Shown here: one piece after another, positions 57,162 through 64,000 of the stretch
How positions within the stretch are numbered: the first letter of the stretch is position 1
Layout: every line of letters starts with the position of its first letter
Assembly (NCBI GenBank): GCA_046313635.1
Contig: JBKBYA010000001.1
Location: forward strand, 831,481-895,480
Reading direction: 5' to 3'
Source: Pyrinomonadaceae bacterium
GTDB taxonomy: Bacteria; Acidobacteriota; Blastocatellia; Pyrinomonadales; Pyrinomonadaceae
Length of the DNA stretch: 64,000 bases
Program-made: the position numbers and the translations under genes
The notes under the pieces: generated by a model
What the model was told of the DNA's origin: nothing
Seen by the model: only the letters and a program-made list of their open reading frames with translations
The model's database searches: none

Positions 57162-57905
57162 CTATTTTCTTTTTGCGCGGCGTTTGAGCTTGCGGACGTT
57201 GTCCTCGATCCAATCTTCGGCTTCCCGGTAATAAGCGAACTTCCGCTCGTCGCGCCGGAAGGCCGGTGTGTGAAAGTACCGCCGGCCGTTGCTGTGCCTC
57301 ATCGGATGGGCGATGTGCAGCATCTCGTGAAAAAGTACGTACTCGACGACGAACCGCGGTACTCGAGCGTCGTCGAGCGACAGGCTGATCACGATGGTGT
57401 CGTGCGTGGCGTCGTGGTGGCCAAGTATCCGATACGTCCTGCGGGTCGACCACGTCAGCGTCGGCCGCGGCAGAGGCTCGCGAAAGTACCGCTCGTTCAA
57501 ACTGTCAAACATCTCGTCGAGATCGTAGACGCTTCCTTTCGCGGTGGTGATGAGCTTTCGCCCGCGGACGCGCCTGTTCGCCGTCGCCCGCAGCCGCAGT
57601 TCGTGCGACGACGCGAACTCGGCATAGACCGCTCGCGCCTGCTTGGGCACGCGCCTGCCGAGCAGCTTGGCGACGAGCATTTCGGCAAGCCCGCGATGAG
57701 CGTCAAGCGGCATCTCGCGGCAGAGGTCGCCGATCCGGACAAAGATGCGGCCGTCACGGCGGCGGATCGTGTGGTTGATGCCGACGTACGGATAAAACTC
57801 TATGTGTATATCAGGAATGGGGTTAGTCGGATCAAAGCGAGCAAAGGCGGCTTCGTAGACCGAGCGTATCTCGATCTCGCTGAGGCCCGGCGTGCCGTTA
57901 ATCAT
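57162..57905 (-). CDS. SprT-like / DUF45-like HExxH metalloprotein
   Basis: LNERYF and YVLFHEMLH...HTPAF motifs. Confidence 0.82.
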   Translation of the reverse strand: MINGTPGLSEIEIRSVYEAAFARFDPTNPIPDIHIEFYPYVGINHTIRRRDGRIFVRIGDLCREMPLDAHRGLAEMLVAKLLGRRVPKQARAVYAEFASSHELRLRATANRRVRGRKLITTAKGSVYDLDEMFDSLNERYFREPLPRPTLTWSTRRTYRILGHHDATHDTIVISLSLDDARVPRFVVEYVLFHEMLHIAHPMRHSNGRRYFHTPAFRRDERKFAYYREAEDWIEDNVRKLKRRAKRK

Positions 57906-57920
57906 GGTTTAACTAATTTC

Positions 57921-57949
57921 TTGCTTTTTCGATTTGTGCAGGCTATATT
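57921..57949 (+). promoter_or_regulatory. candidate sigma70 promoter of the hrcA operon
   Basis: TTGCTT-N17-TATATT. Confidence 0.5.
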
Positions 57950-58001
57950 TCAAAAGAGCATAGCGTCTCACAACGCTTTGTCACAAGCCGACCGTGATTC
58001 G

Positions 58002-59129
58002 ATGTCTGTCCGAAATGCACATTTAAGAATCGAGAAAGAACCGCTTTTTCCCGATCGCCGCGGCCAGACCATCCTTTCAGCGATAATCCAAGAACATTTC
58101 ATTACGGGCGAGCCCGTCGGGTCAAAGGTGCTCGCCGAGAAGTTTGCCAACGCCTCTCGGATGAGCTCTGCCACTATCCGCAACGTAATGGGCGAGCTGG
58201 AAGACGCCGGCTATCTCGAGCAGCCGCATACGTCGGCCGGGCGAGTGCCTACCGACAAGGGCTACCGATACTATGTCGACAATCTGCTCGGCGTGCTGAG
58301 CATCTCGAATGACGACCTGGCCCGCATCGGTGACGAACTCGCATTCGATCGCGGAGATCTGGTCGAGGCTCCCGAACGCCTGATGGAAAGAACGTCACAA
58401 CTGCTGTCGACACTCTCAAACAATGTCGGCATCGTCGTGTCGCCGTCACTTGCCGACGACCGGCTGCAGCACATCGAGTTTGTCCCGCTGTCGGACAATC
58501 GGATCCTGGTCGTGTTGGTCTCGGCACCCAACCTGGTACATAACAAGATCATTCGTCTCAACGTCGCCTTTGCCCGCGAAGATCTCGAGCGGACGGCCAA
58601 TTACCTCAACGCGGAATTTGTCGGCAAAAGCCTCGCTCAGATACGGGCCGACATCCTCAGGCTCATGCACGAGGAAAAGACGCTGTTTGACAAGCTGCTG
58701 CAGAACGCCGTCATTCTCTGCTCGCAAAGCATCGAGAGTGCCGAAGACCGCTTTGGGTCTGTCTATGTCGACGGAGCGGCCAATATGCTTCGGACGAGCG
58801 ATTTTGCCGATCTCGAACGCCTTCGCGAATTGCTCGGCACCATCGGCGAAAAGTCGCGCCTTCTGCAGATACTCAACGAATGCATTGCTCGCGATGCGGC
58901 GACGGCCGGTCAGGTCCAGGTCGTCATCGGAAGCGAAAATCACTCTCCCTCACTTCGCAGCTGTACGCTGATCTCGGCGCCTTACCGGATCGGCGGCGGC
59001 TCGTCCGCGGTCGGCACGCTCAGCGTACTCGGCCCGACCAGGATCGAGTATGCCCGAATGATCTCGATCGTCTCCTATGTGGCGCGGACTCTCGAGCGGC
59101 TGATGTCGCCCGACTTCCGCAACAATTGA
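58002..59129 (+). CDS. hrcA: heat-inducible transcription repressor
   Basis: GEPVGSK, SSATIRN, QPHTSAGRVPTDKGYR and LGPTR motifs. Confidence 0.95.
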   Translation: MSVRNAHLRIEKEPLFPDRRGQTILSAIIQEHFITGEPVGSKVLAEKFANASRMSSATIRNVMGELEDAGYLEQPHTSAGRVPTDKGYRYYVDNLLGVLSISNDDLARIGDELAFDRGDLVEAPERLMERTSQLLSTLSNNVGIVVSPSLADDRLQHIEFVPLSDNRILVVLVSAPNLVHNKIIRLNVAFAREDLERTANYLNAEFVGKSLAQIRADILRLMHEEKTLFDKLLQNAVILCSQSIESAEDRFGSVYVDGAANMLRTSDFADLERLRELLGTIGEKSRLLQILNECIARDAATAGQVQVVIGSENHSPSLRSCTLISAPYRIGGGSSAVGTLSVLGPTRIEYARMISIVSYVARTLERLMSPDFRNN

Positions 59130-59163
59130 ACTGCCGCTCCCGGCCGCTCTCAGGCCGCAGATA

Positions 59164-59940
59164 ATGAAACCGGACAACAAACTCGATATTTCCGAACGTA
59201 ATTCGGACGCAGCCGATTCGCCGTCGGTGGAAGAGTTCTTTCGCCAGCTCGAGGCCCGCGAAAAGGACCTCGATATCGCACCCGACCTCGTCATCGAGGT
59301 CGAAGAATCAGAGTTTGACGATCGGCGATCGCCGGACCTCGTCTTGACCGAGCGTCCTGACGGGGCATTGCCGCCGACCGGAGCGGCACTCGACAGAGAT
59401 GCGGCGCGTACGGCCCGCGAGCAGCGTGCCGAGATCGCTCTGCTTGAAGAGTCGGTGCGGCGATTCAAGGACGAAAGGGCGTCGATCATCGAGCGACTCG
59501 AGCGCGAACGTCAGGACTTTGAGAACTTTCGGCGCCGCGTCGAGCGTGATCGGCTGGAGTCCTTTTCCACGCAGATGACCAATCTCGCCATTCAGATCCT
59601 GCCGGTGCTCGACAACCTCGAACGTGCCATAAAGACGGCGTCGGCGCTGCCCCACGACAAGCTGAACGACATCGCCGATCTGGTGGACGGCATCGTGATG
59701 ATCAACCAGCAGGTGAACGAGGTGCTGGCAGAGATGGGCGTCGATCCGATCCGGGCCGTCGGTACCGAGTTTGACCCGGAACTTCATGAGGCGGTCGCAG
59801 CCGAGGCCCGCGACGGCTGCGAGCCGAATACCGTTATCGAAGAAATGCTCCGTGGATACCGGATGGGCTCCCGCATAATCCGGCACTCTCTCGTCAAGGT
59901 CGCATCGAGCAGCACCCCGCTGCCGACCGTTAACTCCTGA
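59164..59940 (+). CDS. grpE: nucleotide exchange factor
   Basis: DFENFRRR, ILPVLDNLERA, FDPELHEAV and RGY motifs. Confidence 0.93.
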   Translation: MKPDNKLDISERNSDAADSPSVEEFFRQLEAREKDLDIAPDLVIEVEESEFDDRRSPDLVLTERPDGALPPTGAALDRDAARTAREQRAEIALLEESVRRFKDERASIIERLERERQDFENFRRRVERDRLESFSTQMTNLAIQILPVLDNLERAIKTASALPHDKLNDIADLVDGIVMINQQVNEVLAEMGVDPIRAVGTEFDPELHEAVAAEARDGCEPNTVIEEMLRGYRMGSRIIRHSLVKVASSSTPLPTVNS

Positions 59941-60018
59941 CCGATCTTAGATAAACAGTGATCCACTCTCTCACCGTCAAGGGCGATGGCTGGTTGCGGA
60001 CGGGAGTCACAAAAAAAT

Positions 60019-61827
60019 ATGGGCAAAGTAATTGGCATCGATCTCGGCACGACGAACTCCTGCGTCTCCGTTCTGGAAGGCGGCACCGTCCAGATCATCT
60101 CCAACAAAGAAGGCGGACGCACGCAGCCGTCGGTCGTCGCATTCACCAACAAGGACGAGCGCCTCGTCGGCCAGATCGCCAAACGCCAGGCGGTGACCAA
60201 TCCGCACAACACGCTTTACGCGATCAAGCGGCTGATCGGACGAAAGTTCAATTCGCCCGAGGTCGAAAAGATGCGCGAGAGCGTTCCCTTCGAGATCGTC
60301 GAGGCCTCGAATGGCGACGCGCATATTCGCGTCCTCGACCGCGTGTTCAGTCCGCCTGAGATCTCCGCGATCGTACTGCAGAGGCTCAAGCTCGCGGCCG
60401 AGGAGTTTCTCGGCACGGAGGTCACCGAGGCGATTATCACGGTGCCGGCGTACTTTGACGATATGCAGCGGCAGGCGACCCGCGATGCGGGCAAGATCGC
60501 CGGCCTAAATGTCGAGCGCATCATCAACGAGCCGACAGCAGCGGCGCTGGCCTATGGGTTTGGCAAGCAAAAGTCGGAGCGGGTCGCCGTGTACGATCTC
60601 GGCGGCGGTACGTTTGACGTTTCGATACTCGAGATCAACGACGGCGTCTTTGAAGTGCTGTCGACGTCGGGCAACACGTTTCTGGGCGGTGAAGACTTTG
60701 ACCAGCGGGTCATCAACTGGCTGATCGAGAGCTTTAGGTCCACGGCCGGCATCGATCTCAAGAACGACCGCCTCGCTCTGCAGCGACTCAAGGAGGCCGC
60801 CGAGCGAGCCAAGTGCGAGCTGTCGAGCGTCGAGGAGACGCCGATCAACCTCCCCTTTATCGCGGCCGACGCGACCGGACCCAAGCACATAAATACCGTC
60901 CTGACGCGCGCAAAGTTTGAGGAGCTGGTGGCCGATCTCGTCGATATGACCGTCGAGCCTTGTCAAAAGGCTTTGTGGGACGCAAAGCTCAAGCCCGAGG
61001 ACGTGGACAAGGTGATCCTCGTCGGCGGCCAGACGCGTTCGCCCATCATTGCTCAGACGGTGTCCGACATTTTCCGCAAGGAGCCGTCGGCCGAGATCAA
61101 TCCTGACGAGGTCGTCGCGATGGGTGCGGCGATCCAGGGCGGCATCTTTACGGGCGACGTCAAAGACATCGTGCTGCTCGACGTGCTGCCGCTGAGCCTC
61201 GGCCTCGAGACGCGCGGCGGGCTTTTTGTAAAGCTGATCAACCGCAACTCGACCATTCCGCTCAAGAATACGATGACCTTCACGACGGTCGTCGACAATC
61301 AGTCGACCGTCGAGATCCACATCCTGCAGGGCGAGCGCGAGATCGCCGCACACAATCGCAGCCTCGCCAAATTCGAGCTCGTCGGCATACCGCCGGCGCC
61401 GCGCGGTGTGCCGCAGATCGAGGTCGAATTCTCGATCGACGCCAACGGCATCGTCAGCGTGTCTGCCAAAGACAAGATGACCGGACTTGAACAGGCGACG
61501 CAGGTCACCGCGTCGTCCGGACTCTCGACCGACGAGATCGAGAGGCTCATAAGCGAGGCGGAGCAGTCGGTCGAGCGAGACAAAGAGCGGCGCGAGATCA
61601 TAATGCAGCGCAACCGTCTCGAGTCGCTCATCAATAACACGAGGCGGGCACTCGGTGAATTCGGCAGATCGATGCCGGTCGAGGACCAGCAAATGATCAA
61701 GGGCGTCCTCAACGAGGCCGAGGACGCGCTCGGGTCGAACGAAATGGACCGCCTCTATGCCGAGCTCGTCAAGGTCGAGCAGGCGGCGAGCAAGATCACC
61801 GAAGCGATGATGAGCATCGCGTCTTGA
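60019..61827 (+). CDS. dnaK: Hsp70 chaperone DnaK
   Basis: [23 protein letters not shown] and PRGVPQIEV motifs. Confidence 0.95.
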   Translation: MGKVIGIDLGTTNSCVSVLEGGTVQIISNKEGGRTQPSVVAFTNKDERLVGQIAKRQAVTNPHNTLYAIKRLIGRKFNSPEVEKMRESVPFEIVEASNGDAHIRVLDRVFSPPEISAIVLQRLKLAAEEFLGTEVTEAIITVPAYFDDMQRQATRDAGKIAGLNVERIINEPTAAALAYGFGKQKSERVAVYDLGGGTFDVSILEINDGVFEVLSTSGNTFLGGEDFDQRVINWLIESFRSTAGIDLKNDRLALQRLKEAAERAKCELSSVEETPINLPFIAADATGPKHINTVLTRAKFEELVADLVDMTVEPCQKALWDAKLKPEDVDKVILVGGQTRSPIIAQTVSDIFRKEPSAEINPDEVVAMGAAIQGGIFTGDVKDIVLLDVLPLSLGLETRGGLFVKLINRNSTIPLKNTMTFTTVVDNQSTVEIHILQGEREIAAHNRSLAKFELVGIPPAPRGVPQIEVEFSIDANGIVSVSAKDKMTGLEQATQVTASSGLSTDEIERLISEAEQSVERDKERREIIMQRNRLESLINNTRRALGEFGRSMPVEDQQMIKGVLNEAEDALGSNEMDRLYAELVKVEQAASKITEAMMSIAS

Positions 61828-61926
61828 TCAGCTTGAAGAAACGCCGGCCTTTCGGCAAAATCATTGAAGCGTCAGTTCACTCGATATGGGCTGGCGCTTT
61901 CGTGACTTTGCCTACTTTTGTTCACT

Positions 61927-63048
61927 ATGTCGAAGCGAGATTATTACGAAGTTTTGGGTGTTTCCCGCACGGCGACCGACGTCGAGATCAAGAGTGCGTA
62001 TCGCAAACTTGCGGTGCAGTTTCACCCGGACAAGAATCCCGGCGACAGCGAAGCGGAAGAGAGATTCAAGGAGTGCGCGGAGGCCTACGCCGTCCTCTCC
62101 GACGCACAGAAGCGGGCGGCCTACGACCGGTTTGGTCACGCGGGCGTGGGCAGCGGCGGCGCGGGCGCCGGATTTGGCGGATTCGATCCCGGATTTTCGA
62201 ATATCGAGGACATCTTCGATATGTTCGGGTTTGGCGACGTCTTCGGCGGGCGCGGCGGCGGGCGGAGGCGCTCGGCGGTGCAGCGCGGCGCCGACCTGCG
62301 CTACGACCTCGAGATAACGCTCGAGGAGGCCGCGACCGGCAAAGAGCAGAAATTAAAGATCCCGCGTCTCGAAACGTGCGGCGGCTGCTCGGGCAGCGGT
62401 GCAGAAAAGGGAACGCAGCCCGAGACCTGCATCACATGCGGCGGCGCCGGACAGACGCGTTACCAGCAGGGATTTTTCAGCGTGATGCGAACGTGTCCGA
62501 ACTGTCAGGGCTCGGGCCGCATCGTCCGCGACCCGTGCAAGGAGTGCCGCGGCAGCGGCCGCGTCGAAAAGGAACGTTCGCTCGAGATCAAGATCCCGGC
62601 CGGCGTCGAGACCGGCTCGCGGCTGCGGGTGTCGGGCGAGGGAGAGTCGGGCGTCAACGGCGGCCCTCCGGGCGATCTGTTTGTTGTCGTCCACGTCCGC
62701 GAGCACGAGCACTTTGAGCGGCAGGGGAACAATCTCTATTCGGCCGTTCCGATCACCTTTGCGCAGGCGGCGCTCGGCGCCGAGATCACCGTCAGAACGC
62801 TCGAGGGCGAAGAGCCGCTTAAGATACCCGCCGGCACTCAGACGGGCACGGTCTTTAGGATCAAGAACCACGGAATGCCGAATCTCGGCGGACGAGGCAG
62901 GGGCGATCTCTTTGTCGCCGTCCAGCTCGTCACGCCGAAGACGCTCACCAAAGAACAGCGCAAGCTCCTCGAGCGCCTCGCCGAGATCGAGGACAAGGAC
63001 TTTGGCGACGAGTCGCTGATGGACAAGGTGAGGAATATTTTTGGATAA
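61927..63048 (+). CDS. dnaJ: chaperone DnaJ
   Basis: HPD motif, G/F-rich region, four CxxCxGxG repeats. Confidence 0.97.
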   Translation: MSKRDYYEVLGVSRTATDVEIKSAYRKLAVQFHPDKNPGDSEAEERFKECAEAYAVLSDAQKRAAYDRFGHAGVGSGGAGAGFGGFDPGFSNIEDIFDMFGFGDVFGGRGGGRRRSAVQRGADLRYDLEITLEEAATGKEQKLKIPRLETCGGCSGSGAEKGTQPETCITCGGAGQTRYQQGFFSVMRTCPNCQGSGRIVRDPCKECRGSGRVEKERSLEIKIPAGVETGSRLRVSGEGESGVNGGPPGDLFVVVHVREHEHFERQGNNLYSAVPITFAQAALGAEITVRTLEGEEPLKIPAGTQTGTVFRIKNHGMPNLGGRGRGDLFVAVQLVTPKTLTKEQRKLLERLAEIEDKDFGDESLMDKVRNIFG

Positions 63049-63049
63049 G

Positions 63050-63081
63050 GGTAGTCGGTAGTCAGTAGTCGGTAGTGGTAG
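63050..63081. repeat. 7-bp tandem repeat (RGTAGTC) immediately after dnaJ stop
   Basis: GGTAGTC GGTAGTC AGTAGTC GGTAGT GGTAG. Confidence 0.75.
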
Positions 63082-63086
63082 ATCGT

Positions 63087-63119
63087 AAAAAGGGGTCTCT
63101 CGCTCGAGAGCCCCTTTTT
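63087..63119 (+). terminator. intrinsic terminator after dnaJ
   Basis: AAAAAGGGG-TCTCTCGCTCGAGAG-CCCCTTTTT. Confidence 0.8.
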
Positions 63120-63241
63120 GTTGTCAGGAGCGGGTGATCTGCGATCTGGTCGCAGCCTGCATTTTCATCCTGCCGCGTCCTGTTCGGGCGGTCACCTGGC
63201 TCAATTTGTTACGATAGAACTTCCTGCTAACAGATCCTTCG

Positions 63242-63715
63242 ATGATTACCGACTCCGAATTCAGGAACGCGATGGCCCGGCTTGCCGGCGGCGTGACCGT
63301 CGTGACGACGCGCGATCTCGCCGGACGGCCGCACGGGCTGACGGTGACCGCCTTTACGTCGCTCTCGGCCGAGCCGCCGCTCGTGCTCTTTTGCATTCAC
63401 AAGCAGACGTACAGCCATTACGCGTTCTTTGAAAGGCAGGCCTTTGTCGTCAGCATCCTCGCCGAGGATCAGGAGGAGATCTCGCGGCAGTTCGCTGATC
63501 CGGACGTTGATAAATTCGTCCGCGTCGAGCTCGTCGAGACCGCGATCGGCCTGCCCGGCATCGCCGGCAGCCTCGCCGTGCTCGAATGCCGCGTCGTGCA
63601 GCATTACGACGGCGGCGATCACACGATAGTCATCGGCGAGCTCGACCGCGTGCAGCTCGGCGAGGGCTCGCCGCTCGTTTACTTTCGCGGCGAATACCGG
63701 CGCCTTGCCGATTAG
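63242..63715 (+). CDS. flavin reductase family protein
   Basis: GVTVVTT, TSLSAEPPL and GGDHTIVIG motifs. Confidence 0.92.
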   Translation: MITDSEFRNAMARLAGGVTVVTTRDLAGRPHGLTVTAFTSLSAEPPLVLFCIHKQTYSHYAFFERQAFVVSILAEDQEEISRQFADPDVDKFVRVELVETAIGLPGIAGSLAVLECRVVQHYDGGDHTIVIGELDRVQLGEGSPLVYFRGEYRRLAD

Positions 63716-64000
63716 TCGCGGCGCTTGATGACGCCCGAATCGACCGTCTTGCCGTCGCGTGCCACGACCTGAAAGTACATCTCGTCGCCCGTTATCTCGA
63801 CCAGCATAAATGACAGGTCCGAGTCAAAGGCCGCGGCCGTCAGCGGCGAGCGGTCCTTGACGTCGCCCTTTCTGATCTTGCCCGCGGCTCCCGCCACGAA
63901 ATAGCTGATCCCGTCCTGCGGCTTGATCCGCTCGTAAAAGTGATCGTGCCCTGTAAATACGACGTCGACGCCATTCGCCGCAAAGATCGGAGGCAGGATG
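63712..64000 (-). CDS. metallophosphoesterase, C-terminal part (5' end outside window)
   Basis: Minus-strand frame reads GVDVVFTGHDHFYERI...YFVAGAAG. Confidence 0.8.
   Translation of the reverse strand, partial: ILPPIFAANGVDVVFTGHDHFYERIKPQDGISYFVAGAAGKIRKGDVKDRSPLTAAAFDSDLSFMLVEITGDEMYFQVVARDGKTVDSGVIKRRD

Noticed and set aside
57129..58001. 666-aa HrcA with long N-terminal extension
   Set aside because: The extension is antisense to the HExxH gene at 57162-57905; HrcA homology and a promoter candidate fit ATG 58002

Overview
GC-rich bacterial chromosomal segment. Gene content (Oar-like TonB-dependent receptor, FG-GAP protein, SpoIVB S55 peptidase, lpxI) suggests Acidobacteriota, probably Blastocatellia (inference). 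It is mostly housekeeping: thiG, cardiolipin synthase, moaDE, ispH, coaX, birA, egtBD, leuS, rsmI, lpxI, lipA, truA, lpxK and hrcA-grpE-dnaK-dnaJ. I recognised no rRNA, tRNA, CRISPR array or transposase. The main unexplained structure is a four-helix-bundle (IVS-protein-like) gene at 47746-48117, enclosed by two mutually inverted short-tandem-repeat arrays that run from the upstream gene's stop codon to 5 nt before the truA start. Six gene-less 7-bp repeat tracts also occur: five at gene junctions (three form inverted hairpins) and one in frame inside egtB. Other points of note: a Ski2-like helicase lacking its first RecA domain, next to a lower-GC island; a Phd/ParE toxin-antitoxin pair overlapping the lpxI start; a DPM-synthase-like plus TMTC-like glycosylation pair; and apparently leaderless genes. 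All product calls come from motif recognition by eye, not database searches.
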